Made by a program: the position numbers and the translations under genes
Part shown: in pieces, positions 40,831 through 53,379 of the stretch
Layout: each line of letters begins with the position of its first letter
How positions within the stretch are numbered: position 1 is the stretch's first letter
Notes under the pieces: generated by a model
Database searches by the model: none
The model's input: the letters and a program-made list of their open reading frames with translations, nothing else
What the model was told of the DNA's origin: nothing
Assembly: GCA_031411975.1 (NCBI GenBank)
Contig: JANOCB010000096.1
Location: 22,971-86,970 of the forward strand
DNA length: 64,000 nt
Direction: 5' to 3'
Origin: Gemmatimonadaceae bacterium
GTDB lineage: Bacteria; Gemmatimonadota; Gemmatimonadetes; Gemmatimonadales; Gemmatimonadaceae

Positions 40831-40941
40831 CGTCGCGCGTCGCTCATCGGTCGGAACGGATTGAAGGGAGGAGACCACCGGAAAGACGCCCATCATGCCT
40901 CGCTGGTCACGCGTGTTCGGCCGCCTCCCTCCATCGATCAC

Positions 40942-43497
<2,556 letters not shown>

Positions 43498-43632
43498 GCG
43501 CAGAGAGTGTAAACGTGACCGACGCCGGGTCGCGCGTGCGCCACGCGACGTCGGGAATGCTGACTACGGAACGAAAAGGTGCGCGCCGGAGCGCGGTACG
43601 TCATGCCACCGTCAGTGGCCGGCCGGTGGCCG

Positions 43633-44529
43633 TCAGCCCCAGGACCGCGCGATGACGAGCAGCAGCCAGGAGTTCCCCACGCGGTGAAAAATGTAGGTGC
43701 CGCCGCCATTGCTGGTTGCCAGCGCGCTGCCGTCGCGATGCTCCATCGGACGGTGCACCGTCACCACCGCATACTCCTTCCACAGCATCGCGGCAGACAC
43801 ACGGGTGTACGCCATCACGGCGCTCGTGTCCTGCAGTGCCCGCGACGCCCAGTAGCGCGAGCGCAGGACATTCAGGCCCTTGTCACCAAATGCGAGGTTG
43901 GTGCGAATGCCCCGCATCGCCGGCAGCGACAGCCCGGTCACCAGCGGCAGCACGTAACTCGCCGTGTCACCACGCGCATTGACCAGGCAACGCCCCGTCT
44001 TCGCATCGGTGAACTGTTCGGTGAGCCCGGCCGCAATGGCCTCGCGCCCTGCCTTGCCACTCCACACATCCCACCGCGGCCGCTCGCGACCGGTCTCCCA
44101 GTTCAGCACCGTGCGCAGCAACTCGCGCCCTTCCGGCGAGTCGAGCGGTGTCTCCACGGCATACGCCTGAATCAGCTTCTCGAACTTGTCCACGAGATCG
44201 GCCGTCGCCTCGCGCTTCGCGTCGGTGCTGTCGCGCGGAAACGCGCGCAGCCAGCCGTCGTTGCAGCGATCCTGACCGATGTCGGTGAAGTCCGACGTGC
44301 GCAGCAACTGCTCGCGGTAATCGTGCGCGAGATCCACCGCCGCCTCGAGTTCACTCTGCGGCCCGCGGCCCAGCAGCGACACGGCCGATCCACTCAGGAT
44401 GCGCGGGCGGAGCTCGCCGTCGGGCAGCGCGCGGGTCCGGCCGCACGCCGACAACGTCGCCATCGCGAGTGCTGCCCCCGCGAGGGAGAACGACCCCACT
44501 GACCGCCACCTGCGCGCCCGTGCACTCAT
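43633..44529 (-). CDS. Lipoprotein, hypothetical
   Basis: Lipobox (LAGAALAMATLSAC|GR). No recognisable domain. Confidence 0.45.
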   Translation of the reverse strand: MSARARRWRSVGSFSLAGAALAMATLSACGRTRALPDGELRPRILSGSAVSLLGRGPQSELEAAVDLAHDYREQLLRTSDFTDIGQDRCNDGWLRAFPRDSTDAKREATADLVDKFEKLIQAYAVETPLDSPEGRELLRTVLNWETGRERPRWDVWSGKAGREAIAAGLTEQFTDAKTGRCLVNARGDTASYVLPLVTGLSLPAMRGIRTNLAFGDKGLNVLRSRYWASRALQDTSAVMAYTRVSAAMLWKEYAVVTVHRPMEHRDGSALATSNGGGTYIFHRVGNSWLLLVIARSWG

Positions 44530-44557
44530 GCGCAGAAAGATACCGCCGCCGACGGTC

Positions 44558-45331
44558 TCAGGACAGCCGCGACGACCCTGCCGCAGCGCCGACCGGCGCC
44601 CGCTCCTCTTCGTCATCTGCCAGCTCCTGATCGATCTCGGCCTCTTCCGCGGCAACCTCGGCATCGATCGCCGCCTTCTCCCGCTGGTACCGCGCCCACC
44701 AGATCCGCGTCACCTCGCCCGCCAGCTCGCGGTTGCCCAGCCCGAACGCCAGCGCCAGCGCCAGCGCCACGGCGCCGAACAGGATCGCAAACGCCGTCGT
44801 CACGATGTCGGTGGCCACGCCGAGCTCCTGCAGGGCCATGAAGATCGCCAGCACCACGATCCCGCCGCGCCCCACCCGCGCCAGCGTCGGACCGCCATGC
44901 AGCGCCCCCGCCGCCGCCAGCAGCAACCCTTCCACGAACCCGCCCAGCACGATGCCCACGATCACGATCACGATGGCCGCGATGATGCTGGGGATGTAGC
45001 TGACGAGCTCGGCAAAGACATCGTTCAGCGACTGCAGCCCGGCCGCCGTACTCGCCACCAGCAGCACCGCGAACATCACGGCCCAGAACACGATGTTTCC
45101 GAACACCCGTGACGGATTCACGCGATTGCCGGCATGCTCCACCGCCGACGTCACCCCACCACGCCGCAGCAGATCGTTCACGCTCAGCTTCCGCAGCAGC
45201 CGCTCCACCCCGCGCTGGATCAGCTTCGCCAGCAGGTAGCCGGCAAAGAGGATCACGATCGCGCCCAGCAGCGCCGGCACGATCTCGCCGAGCGTCGCGA
45301 AGCTGTCCTGCAGTCGGGTCAGGAAATCCAT
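44558..45331 (-). CDS. Small membrane protein with 'conserved TM helix' repeats (MscS-related family)
   Basis: Three or four hydrophobic helices (…IVPALLGAIVILFAGYLLAKLIQ…) and an acidic C-terminal tail. Confidence 0.55.
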   Translation of the reverse strand: MDFLTRLQDSFATLGEIVPALLGAIVILFAGYLLAKLIQRGVERLLRKLSVNDLLRRGGVTSAVEHAGNRVNPSRVFGNIVFWAVMFAVLLVASTAAGLQSLNDVFAELVSYIPSIIAAIVIVIVGIVLGGFVEGLLLAAAGALHGGPTLARVGRGGIVVLAIFMALQELGVATDIVTTAFAILFGAVALALALAFGLGNRELAGEVTRIWWARYQREKAAIDAEVAAEEAEIDQELADDEEERAPVGAAAGSSRLS

Positions 45332-45493
45332 GTCCGGGCGATCAGATGGGAGGGGCCGTCAACCATGACAATTTAGCACCCGGCGTCCACAGGCGGCCAT
45401 CTCCCTCTCGCCGCATGGCACGAGAGGTCTGCGGCATTGTCGTTCTGCGGCTGTGCAGTTCTGCGTTCAGCCGTTGCGCCGCCGAAACCAAGC

Positions 45494-45748
45494 CTAGTTC
45501 CGCGTCCCGCGCTTCAGGTCGAAGATCGCCGACCGCCGGCATGCCGGGCAGACGAACCAGTCTCGTTTCCGCTGATAGCCGAGCCCGAACGATCCACCGC
45601 CGATCCCCTTCCGTGTCATGGCAGGGTGTGCCGCGCAGCGCGGGCAATGCGGCAGCGTGTCGCCCTGCACCGTCGCCCGGATTTCCGCCTGCTCGGCCAG
45701 CGAATACTGCGCGGGGCCATCAGCGGCCGGCGGGTGGTCGCTCACGAT
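45494..45748 (-). CDS. Small zinc-ribbon protein (hypothetical)
   Basis: CPRC…(29 aa)…CPAC four-Cys arrangement. GTG start overlapping the 3' end of the upstream dehydrogenase gene. Weakly supported. Confidence 0.3.
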   Translation of the reverse strand: MVSDHPPAADGPAQYSLAEQAEIRATVQGDTLPHCPRCAAHPAMTRKGIGGGSFGLGYQRKRDWFVCPACRRSAIFDLKRGTRN

Positions 45749-46782
45749 GCCACCTGAATCACCACCTTCCCGAATTGTGCCCCGCTCTGCAGCCGCGCAT
45801 ATGCCGCCCGGGCCTCGGACAGCGGGAACACCGAGTCGATCGGCGGCACGAGCCCGCCTGCCACAAACTCCGCCGACACCGCCGCCCACTCCGCTTCGTT
45901 GCCCATCGTCGAGCCGGAAATCGTCCACTGGTTCATGAACAGGCGCCGCACGTCGGTTTCGACCATCGGGCCACTGGTGCCGCCGCAAGTCACCAGCCGA
46001 CCGCCGCGGCCCAGCGACGCCAGCGAGCGCTTCCATGTCGCCGTCCCGACGCTGTCGATGACGACGTCCATGCCTCGTTTGCCGGTCGCGGCTCGAAGCA
46101 GCGCCGGGACGTCGTCGGTGGCGTGATTCAGCGTGTGCGTGGCGCCGAGCGTCCGGGCCCGGGCGAGCTTCTCCGGATCGGACGACGTCACCCATGTCGT
46201 TGCGCCACGGGCAGTTGCGATCTGAAGCGCGGCCAGCGCCACCCCGCCACCGATCCCCCAGATCAACACCTGCTCGCCTGACTGCACCCGCGCCTTGCCG
46301 ACCAGCATCCGATAGGCCGTCAGTGTCGCCAGCCCGAAACCCGCCCGCGCGGCCACCGGAATCTCAGGCGGCACCGGCGTCAGTCCCCATTCCGGCACCA
46401 CGCAGTACTCCGCCGCCGTGCCCGGCCGGCCCTCACCGAGGATGCCGTACTGCAGGCACAACGGATGCTCGCCACGCAGGCAGAAGGCGCACTGCCGGCA
46501 ACTCGACCCGGGATTCAGCACCACCGTGTCGCCGACCCGCACCCGGGTGACAGCCGCCCCGACCGCCTCCACCACACCGGTCGCGTCGGCCACCGGGACC
46601 CAGTCCGGCGTCAGCACCAACCCAGGCCAGCCCTGCAGCACGAAGAGGTCGAGCCGGTTGAGCGCCACCGCCTCGACCCGGATCCTGACCCCATGCGGCC
46701 CGTCCAGCGCCGGCTCGATGAGGTCGTCACGGACCGTCACTTGTTCCAGCTCACCATGGCCTGCCAGCACCAGTCCGCGCAT
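45742..46782 (-). CDS. Zinc-binding alcohol dehydrogenase / quinone oxidoreductase (MDR superfamily)
   Basis: GroES-like N-domain with the Zn-ligand context (GHEATGVVEAVG-like: ADATGVVEAVGAAV; CRQCAFC structural Zn site). Rossmann GIGGGVALAALQIA. Confidence 0.85.
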   Translation of the reverse strand: MRGLVLAGHGELEQVTVRDDLIEPALDGPHGVRIRVEAVALNRLDLFVLQGWPGLVLTPDWVPVADATGVVEAVGAAVTRVRVGDTVVLNPGSSCRQCAFCLRGEHPLCLQYGILGEGRPGTAAEYCVVPEWGLTPVPPEIPVAARAGFGLATLTAYRMLVGKARVQSGEQVLIWGIGGGVALAALQIATARGATTWVTSSDPEKLARARTLGATHTLNHATDDVPALLRAATGKRGMDVVIDSVGTATWKRSLASLGRGGRLVTCGGTSGPMVETDVRRLFMNQWTISGSTMGNEAEWAAVSAEFVAGGLVPPIDSVFPLSEARAAYARLQSGAQFGKVVIQVAS

Positions 46783-46892
46783 CGCGATGTAACCTGTGGT
46801 CTGAGTTATGATTCTCGCGCGCGCAGCCCATAGCGCCGCGCGGATTGTCCAGCGCGGTCACCCGCGTCTCCATCGGAACAGGATCCTGGCGA

Positions 46893-48182
46893 ATGATAGC
46901 GATCAAGGTGCCACCGCTCGGCGAGTCGATCGTCGAGGCGACCGTGTCACGCTGGCTCAAGCAGGAGGGCGAAGCCGTTGCAGCAGGCGACACCCTCGTC
47001 GAACTCGAAACCGACAAGATCACGGTCGAGGTGCCGGCCCTGAAGTCTGGCGTCCTCGCCGCACGCTCGAAGGCCGAGGGTGACGTGGTTGCCGTCGACG
47101 ACGTGCTTGGTCAGCTCGACGAATCCGGTGTCGCCGGTGGTGCCGCGATGGCGACGTCCCCCGCCGATCCGCCGCCGGTGCCTCACGACCCGTCCGATGG
47201 TCCGGCCCCGGTGCCGATCCTGCTGTCGGCCGCCGGCGATCCGCCGCCGCCGGTGCCGCATGACCCCTCCGACGGCCCTGCGCCCGTGCCGATCCTGATG
47301 CGATCGGCGCCAGCAGCGCGGCGCACGGCCGACGAAGCGGGCGTGGACATCGCGACGGTTGCAGGCACCGGTCGCGGTGGTGTCGTGAGCAAGACCGATG
47401 TGATCAACGCCGTGGCCGCCGGCGCCAAGCCGGCTCCCGCTGCGTCGGCGGCGCCGGCGGCCGCACCCGCACCCGCACGCACGGGTGAACGCGAGACGCG
47501 CGAGAAGATGACGACGCGCCGCAAGCGCATCGCCGAGAATCTCCTGCTGGCGCAGCACAGCACCGCACACCTGACCACCTTCAACGAGATCGACATGAGC
47601 GCCACCACGGCGCTGCGTGCCCGACTCAAGGACAAGGTCGAGAAGGAGCATGGCGTGAAGCTCAGCTTCATGCCCTTCTTCGTGAAGGCTGCCAGCATGG
47701 CACTGAAAGCCTACCCGCTGGTGAACTCGCAGATCGACGGCGACACGATCGTCTACAAGCACTACGTCAACATGGGCATCGCCGTCGCCAGCGACGCGGG
47801 CCTGGTGGTGCCGAACGTGAAGGACGCCGACCAGAAGGGGATGCTCGCCATCAGCCGTGACATCGCGAACCTGGCCAGCAAGGCGCGCAGCGGCAAGCTG
47901 GCGATGGACGACCTCACCGGCGGCACCTTCACCATCACCAATGGCGGTGTCTTCGGCTCGCTCATCTCGACGCCGATCATCAACTTCCCGCAGGTGGCCA
48001 TCCTCGGCCTGCACAAGACGCAGGACCGCCCGGTCGCCATCGACGGCAAGGTCGAGATCCGCCCGATGATGTACGTGGCCCTCAGCTACGACCATCGCGT
48101 CATCGACGGGCAGCAGGCCGTGCTCTTCCTCGTCCGGATCAAGGAGTTGATGGAAGATCCGGCCGCCATGCTGGTGGACTGA
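46893..48182 (+). CDS. sucB: Dihydrolipoamide acyltransferase E2 component (2-oxo acid dehydrogenase complex; likely succinyltransferase)
   Basis: Lipoyl domain (…[11 protein letters not shown]…), E3-binding domain, and catalytic domain with DHRVIDG. The linker contains a tandem duplicated 17-aa Pro-rich segment. lpdA follows. Confidence 0.8.
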   Translation: MIAIKVPPLGESIVEATVSRWLKQEGEAVAAGDTLVELETDKITVEVPALKSGVLAARSKAEGDVVAVDDVLGQLDESGVAGGAAMATSPADPPPVPHDPSDGPAPVPILLSAAGDPPPPVPHDPSDGPAPVPILMRSAPAARRTADEAGVDIATVAGTGRGGVVSKTDVINAVAAGAKPAPAASAAPAAAPAPARTGERETREKMTTRRKRIAENLLLAQHSTAHLTTFNEIDMSATTALRARLKDKVEKEHGVKLSFMPFFVKAASMALKAYPLVNSQIDGDTIVYKHYVNMGIAVASDAGLVVPNVKDADQKGMLAISRDIANLASKARSGKLAMDDLTGGTFTITNGGVFGSLISTPIINFPQVAILGLHKTQDRPVAIDGKVEIRPMMYVALSYDHRVIDGQQAVLFLVRIKELMEDPAAMLVD

Positions 48183-48185
48183 CGC

Positions 48186-49598
48186 GTGCCCGCTGACATG
48201 ATTCCCGCCGATGTCGTCGTCATCGGCGGCGGCCCCGGGGGCTACGTTGCCTCGATTCGCGCCGCACAGCTCGGCCTCACCACCGTCTGCGTCGAGATGG
48301 ACAAGACGCTGGGCGGCACCTGCGTGAACGTCGGCTGCATTCCGTCGAAGGCGCTGCTCACCAGCAGCGAACATTTCGAGTTCGCGAAACATGCCGCCGC
48401 CGAACATGGCGTGGTGATTCCGAAGGTCTCGATCGATCTCGCGCAGATGATGAAGCGCAAGAACGACGTCGTCGGTGCGAACACGAAGGGCGTCGAGTTC
48501 CTGTTCAAGAAGAACAAGGTCACCTGGGCCCGCGGCGCCGGCACGCTGAAGGCCGGCAACGTGGTGGACGTGACCGCCGCCGATGGCACCGTCACCAGCT
48601 ATCAGGCGAAGAACGTCATCATCGCCACGGGATCGTCATCGGTCGAGCTGCCGTTCCTGAAGTTCGACGAGAAGCGCGTGGTGTCGAACATCGGCGCGCT
48701 GACGCTGGAGACAGTGCCGAAGAAGCTGATCGTCGTCGGTGGTGGCGTGATCGGCCTCGAACTCGGCTCGGTGTGGCGTCGCCTCGGTGCCGACGTCACG
48801 GTCGTGGAGTTCATGCCGACGATTCTCCCCGGCAACGACGACGACATCATCAAGGATGCGACGCGCGTGTTCACCAAGCAGGGACTGGTGATCCGCACAG
48901 GCACCAAGGTGACCGCCGCCGACCTGTCGTCGAAGAAGAGCATCAGGCTCACGGTCGAAAAGGACGGCGCCAGCGAGGTGCTCGATGCCGACGTGGTGCT
49001 GGTGAGCGTGGGCCGTCGCCCGCTGCTGCACGGCATCGACGCCGCGGCACTCGGCCTCGCGCTGCAGAAGAACGGCGCGATCCAGGTGGACGACCAGCTG
49101 CGCACGAACCTGCCCGGTGTGTACGCCATCGGCGACGTGGCGGGCGGCAAGCTGCTCGCGCACAAGGCCGAAGACGAAGGCGTGATCGCAGCGGAAGTCA
49201 TTGCCGGCAAGAAGGTGCACATGCACTACGCGGCGATTCCCGGCGTGGTCTACACCTGGCCCGAGATTGCGTCGGTGGGTCAGACCGAAGGCGAAGTGAA
49301 GGCCTCGGGGCGTGCCTACAAGGTCGGCAAGTTCCCGTTCTCGGCCAACGGTCGTGCGCGATGCCTGGGCGAGACCAATGGCTTCGTGAAGATCATCGCG
49401 GACGCGGCAACCGATGAGCTCCTCGGCTGTCACATCCTCGGCGCAAACGCCGGCGACCTGATTCAGGAGATCGTGCTGGCGGTGGAGTACCGGGGCTCGA
49501 GCGAGGACATTGCCATCACGACGCATGCGCATCCGACGCTGGGCGAGACGGTGAAGGAAGCCGCGCTGGCCGCGCTGGGGCGGGCGATTCACATCTGA
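48186..49598 (+). CDS. lpdA: Dihydrolipoyl dehydrogenase (E3)
   Basis: FAD motif (VVIGGGPGGYVA), redox-active disulfide (GGTCVNVGCIPSK), NAD motif (VVGGGVIGLELG), and dimerisation HAHPT. Confidence 0.9.
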   Translation: MPADMIPADVVVIGGGPGGYVASIRAAQLGLTTVCVEMDKTLGGTCVNVGCIPSKALLTSSEHFEFAKHAAAEHGVVIPKVSIDLAQMMKRKNDVVGANTKGVEFLFKKNKVTWARGAGTLKAGNVVDVTAADGTVTSYQAKNVIIATGSSSVELPFLKFDEKRVVSNIGALTLETVPKKLIVVGGGVIGLELGSVWRRLGADVTVVEFMPTILPGNDDDIIKDATRVFTKQGLVIRTGTKVTAADLSSKKSIRLTVEKDGASEVLDADVVLVSVGRRPLLHGIDAAALGLALQKNGAIQVDDQLRTNLPGVYAIGDVAGGKLLAHKAEDEGVIAAEVIAGKKVHMHYAAIPGVVYTWPEIASVGQTEGEVKASGRAYKVGKFPFSANGRARCLGETNGFVKIIADAATDELLGCHILGANAGDLIQEIVLAVEYRGSSEDIAITTHAHPTLGETVKEAALAALGRAIHI

Positions 49599-49682
49599 GC
49601 CTGCGGTGTTCGTCGCACGACGGACAGCGCAGCGGGTCGGTCAGCACCACGCGCGGCGCCGGGGAACATCATCTCCGGCGCC

Positions 49683-50888
49683 GTGTCGCGTTCACCACTT
49701 CCTCCGTTGCCGCACATGATGCTCGCCCACGCCCTCCCGGTCACCGCCACACTCGCCGCGTACGAAGCGCAGGCGGAGGCCCTGTGTGCCGCATATCGCG
49801 TCGGCAATCCGCAGGCGCTGCAGTGCTTCGGCAATCTGCACCCACGCTTCCTCGATCCCGTGGTCACGTGGAAGCCACTGTTCGCCTCGAACGAGGAGAT
49901 CCTCGCCGCAGCGCTCACCGCTGAGGATGCCCGCCTCGCCGTGGCGCGTCGGTACAGCTTCCAGGACTGGACCGCACTGGTCTCGCTGGTGCACGCGGTC
50001 GCCGACACCACGTCGGCGGTGCACCGCTTCGAACTCGCGGCCGAGTCGGTGATCGACGGTGACCTGACCACGCTGCGCCGACTGCTCGCCGAGGATCCGC
50101 TGCTCGTGCACGCGCGCTCCACGCGTGTCACCAACCAGGATCCGCCGGTGCACGGCGCCACGCTCCTGCACTACGTCGCCGCCAACGGAGTGGAGGGGTA
50201 TCGCCAGCGCTCCCCGGGCAACGCCATCGACGTGGCGACGATGCTGCTGGATGCCGGTGCCGATGTGAATGCCCTCGCCCGGATGTACGGCGGCAACTGC
50301 GCACCGCTGCCGATGCTGATCTCCAGCACACCGCCGTACGAGACCGGGGTGCAGGTCCCACTGGTGCACCTGCTGCTCGATCGCGGTGCATCGCTCGACG
50401 GCGTGGGGGAGTCCGACTGGCACTCCCCCGTTCGCACAGCGCTGCTCTTCGGTTTCGTCGAGGCGGCGGCGGCGGTCGTGTCGCGCGGTGCACGGGCCGA
50501 CACGCTGGAGATTGCCGCCGGGCTGGGCAACGTCCCGGCGGTGCGGGCACTCCTGTCGCGTGCCGGCACGGCCGAGCTGCAGACCGCGCTGGCCCTCGCG
50601 GCGCACAACGATCGCGTGGACGTCTGCGCCCTGCTGCTGGACGCCGGGGCGGACCCCAACGCCTTCAATCCCGCGGGCATGCACGCCCACGCCACCCCGC
50701 TGCACGGCGCCTGTGGCAGCGGCTACGTGCGCCTCGCCGCACTGCTGCTCTCACGTGGCGCCCGTCTCGACATCCACGATACGCTGTGGGACGGCACGCC
50801 CCGGGGCTGGGCCGAGCATGGGGGCCAGTGGGAGATCGTGGGGTTGCTGGATGCGCACGAGGGGCACGACGTCGATCAGGGCCGCTGA
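49683..50888 (+). CDS. Ankyrin-repeat protein
   Basis: Several ANK-like 33-residue units (…GATLLHYVAANG…AIDVATMLLDAGADVNA…; …TALALAAHNDRVDVCALLLDAGADPNA…; …TPLHGACGSGYVRLAALLLSRGARLD…). Alternative start at 49716. Confidence 0.65.
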   Translation: MSRSPLPPLPHMMLAHALPVTATLAAYEAQAEALCAAYRVGNPQALQCFGNLHPRFLDPVVTWKPLFASNEEILAAALTAEDARLAVARRYSFQDWTALVSLVHAVADTTSAVHRFELAAESVIDGDLTTLRRLLAEDPLLVHARSTRVTNQDPPVHGATLLHYVAANGVEGYRQRSPGNAIDVATMLLDAGADVNALARMYGGNCAPLPMLISSTPPYETGVQVPLVHLLLDRGASLDGVGESDWHSPVRTALLFGFVEAAAAVVSRGARADTLEIAAGLGNVPAVRALLSRAGTAELQTALALAAHNDRVDVCALLLDAGADPNAFNPAGMHAHATPLHGACGSGYVRLAALLLSRGARLDIHDTLWDGTPRGWAEHGGQWEIVGLLDAHEGHDVDQGR

Positions 50889-50907
50889 CCCGTCGTTCGC
50901 TCCCCCG

Positions 50908-50952
50908 GATTGACTCGGAGTCCGGTGGTCAGATTGACTCCGAGTCCGTTGG
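50908..50952. repeat. Tandem 24-bp direct repeat, each copy containing a GACTC-N-GAGTC palindrome
   Basis: GATTGACTCGGAGTCCGGTGG / GATTGACTCCGAGTCCGTTGG, in the convergent gap between the ankyrin and anti-sigma genes. Confidence 0.4.
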
Positions 50953-51018
50953 CCGATGCGTACCAAACGAGCGCGGGGCGGCGATCCGAAGATCGTCGCC
51001 CCGCTCTCGTCACCCGAC

Positions 51019-51042
51019 CAGTCGTCGCCGAGGCGACGACTG
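51019..51042. terminator. Perfect 11-bp hairpin immediately 3' of the anti-sigma gene
   Basis: CAGTCGTCGCC-GAG-GCGACGACTG. Confidence 0.4.
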
Positions 51043-51044
51043 CA

Positions 51045-51521
51045 TCAGAGCATCTTCGCGATCACGGCACCAAGCGCAAGAAATACCGCTGCCAGCAACG
51101 CCAGCACGGCGGGCTGCAACGTGATGCCCTTGTCGGCCGAGGCCGCCGGCATGGCACGCGCCACGACCGACTGCTCCGCGTGCACCGCCGGCGCCGCGAC
51201 GAGGCGGGTCGCCGTCGTCGGCGGCAGGGCGTTCATGATCTGCGCCGCCACGTGCGACGGAGTCCGGACGTCCTTCCGGGCCGAGGCCTCGCGGCTGATC
51301 TTCGACCAGAGCTGCGCTTCGGGGGTCAGCTGGTTGTTGGCCAGACGCGGGGCCGGAGCCTCGCCATCCAGCCAGGCATTCAACGCGGCCATCGCGCCAT
51401 CGGCGCGCAGCGGTACTTCACGATCAGCAACGGGACGCTCACCCATCGGCTTGGCCGAGGGCTGGTTGACCTCACGGTCACCACGCGTGCCTTCCGGATT
51501 CGGTGTCATGTCCATGTTCAT
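51045..51521 (-). CDS. Putative anti-sigma factor (tail-anchored membrane protein)
   Basis: Start ATG overlaps the sigma-factor stop (ATGA). Single C-terminal TM helix (LQPAVLALLAAVFLALGAVIAKML). No ZAS motif seen, so the call rests mainly on gene context. Confidence 0.45.
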   Translation of the reverse strand: MNMDMTPNPEGTRGDREVNQPSAKPMGERPVADREVPLRADGAMAALNAWLDGEAPAPRLANNQLTPEAQLWSKISREASARKDVRTPSHVAAQIMNALPPTTATRLVAAPAVHAEQSVVARAMPAASADKGITLQPAVLALLAAVFLALGAVIAKML

Positions 51522-52141
51522 GCGTACTTCTCCTCGAGAAGAGCCTGCAGCGCTTCGCGTGCACGATGCACACGCATTTTCAGCGCGCCGACGGTAGAGT
51601 CGAGCATATCGGCCATCTCCTCGTACGACCGGCCTTCCACGTGCTTCATGATGAAGGCCTCCCGCAACGACGGTGACAGCTGGCCAAGGGCCCAATCGAG
51701 GTCGACTCGGAGCTCACTGCGATTCAGCTCCTCGTCCGGCGTCGTCAGGTGAGACGGCTGATCATCCTCTTCGTAACTCACGTGCGTGCGTCGGATGTTC
51801 TTGAGCCAATCCTTGCAGCCGTTCGCTACGATACGGAAGATCCACGCATCGAACCGACCGCGCACTTCACCCAGGTGCGAAAACGCCTTGATGAAGGACG
51901 CCTGCATGATGTCCTCGGCGACATCAGGGCTTCCGGTCATGTTCAGTGCATGTCGGTACAGCGGATCGCTGTACTTCGTCACGAGGACGGCGAACGCTTC
52001 ACGATCACCCGCCAGCACGCGGGAGATGGAGCGAGCGTCGACATCCGCCTGCTCGGCGATGTCGGCCGGGAGTGTTTGGGAGGGAGTTTGCACGACGGCA
52101 CGATAACCGTTGTGTGTCTTCCCCCACAACATCCGATCTGG
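51518..52141 (-). CDS. ECF-type RNA polymerase sigma-70 factor
   Basis: Region 2 (…DREAFAVLVTKYSDPLYRHALNMTG…DIMQASFIKAF…) and region 4 (…LSPSLREAFIMKHVEGRSYEEMADMLDSTVGALKMRVHRAREAL…). Confidence 0.8.
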   Translation of the reverse strand, partial: PDRMLWGKTHNGYRAVVQTPSQTLPADIAEQADVDARSISRVLAGDREAFAVLVTKYSDPLYRHALNMTGSPDVAEDIMQASFIKAFSHLGEVRGRFDAWIFRIVANGCKDWLKNIRRTHVSYEEDDQPSHLTTPDEELNRSELRVDLDWALGQLSPSLREAFIMKHVEGRSYEEMADMLDSTVGALKMRVHRAREALQALLEEKYA

Positions 52142-52290
52142 CATGACGAGAGTTCCCATGGCACGAGGGAGACGACACAACCGCGCACGCGTCACATAGC
52201 GAGGTCAGAGCACCGGGTTGCCGCAGATGGCCGCGGTCGGCGCACGCCGGAACTCACGGCACGCGTCACACTCTTCAGGTCGCCAGCGCG

Positions 52291-53379
52291 TCAGCGCCAT
52301 CCACTGGCGCGAATCTCGTCCGAGTGCTGGCCAAGCAGCGGAGGCGGCAGTCGCACCGAGCCCCCCACACTCGAGGGCACACCGGTCAATGCCGACGCAC
52401 CGACGTCCGCGAGGGCCTCCAGCACGCCGCGCACCTCACCAACGGGGACGCCGGCCCGTTCACAGCGAGCCTTCCACTCCGTCGCGCCAGCGGTGCGAAA
52501 CGTCGCCTGCACCGCGTCGACGCAGCGCGCGCGGTTCGTGACCCGTCCGGCATTCGTGCGCAGCAGCGGATCGGCCCCGAGCCCGGCATCGCCGAGCACG
52601 CCCGTCAGGGCGAGCCACTGGGCATCGCTGCCCACCGTGATCACGATCGGCCGGTCGGCGGTCTCGAAGAGCTGATACGGAACGAGATTGGCGTGGGCGT
52701 TTCCCCAGCGTGTGGCCTCCCGGCCCGAGACGAGAGCGTTCTGCGCCACGTTCACCAGCGCTGCCCGTGCGCTGCCCGCGAGTGTCACGGACAGGCGACG
52801 CTCCGACGCGGAGAGTCGTGACCGGCCAACGAGCGCCGAGAGGATGGCAATCGTCGCATCCTTTCCGGTCAGCACGTCAACCAGCGCGACGGCGGTACGC
52901 ACCGGCTGCCCCTTCGGATCCCCCGTGACACTCATCCACCCCGACTCGGCCTGAACGGCGAAGTCGTATCCCGGGCGCGACGGTTGCTCGGCGTATCCTC
53001 CTATCGAACACCAAACGAGCCGTTCATTATCCATCAGTAACTCGACATCATCGATTCTTTTTCGCGGCAGTGCACCGGGAAGAAAATTTTCGACGACGAC
53101 GTCGGCATCGCGGGCGAGGTGTCGGATGAGCGCCTGATCGACCTCACTGTCGAGGTCGGCGACCAGCGACCGCTTGTTCCGGTTGCAGCTCAGGAAGTAT
53201 GCCGATTCTCCCCGATCGTCGAACGGCGGCCCCCACCCCCGCGTCTCGTCACCGCCGCCGGGTCGCTCCACCTTGATCACGTCGGCACCGAGATCCCCCA
53301 GCATCATCGTACACAACGGACCAGCAAGCACTCGGCTCAGATCCAGCACACGGACCCCTGAAAGCGGCAATGCTGTCAT
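52291..53379 (-). CDS. CoA-transferase family III (CaiB/BaiF-type)
   Basis: N-terminus LSGVRVLDLSRVLAGPLCTMMLGDLGADVIKVERPGGGDETR is the family-III signature. Confidence 0.85.
   Translation of the reverse strand: MTALPLSGVRVLDLSRVLAGPLCTMMLGDLGADVIKVERPGGGDETRGWGPPFDDRGESAYFLSCNRNKRSLVADLDSEVDQALIRHLARDADVVVENFLPGALPRKRIDDVELLMDNERLVWCSIGGYAEQPSRPGYDFAVQAESGWMSVTGDPKGQPVRTAVALVDVLTGKDATIAILSALVGRSRLSASERRLSVTLAGSARAALVNVAQNALVSGREATRWGNAHANLVPYQLFETADRPIVITVGSDAQWLALTGVLGDAGLGADPLLRTNAGRVTNRARCVDAVQATFRTAGATEWKARCERAGVPVGEVRGVLEALADVGASALTGVPSSVGGSVRLPPPLLGQHSDEIRASGWR

Noticed and set aside
45109-46281. 390-aa plus-strand ORF, and 45494..46195 233-aa minus-strand ORF (upstream part)
   Set aside because: They overlap the MDR dehydrogenase gene, whose Zn-ADH and Rossmann motifs are clear. 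Only the 3'-terminal zinc-ribbon-like part of the minus ORF was retained, as a low-confidence small gene.
48602-49592. Two long minus-strand ORFs inside lpdA
   Set aside because: They are antisense to a gene with unmistakable FAD/NAD/disulfide motifs.
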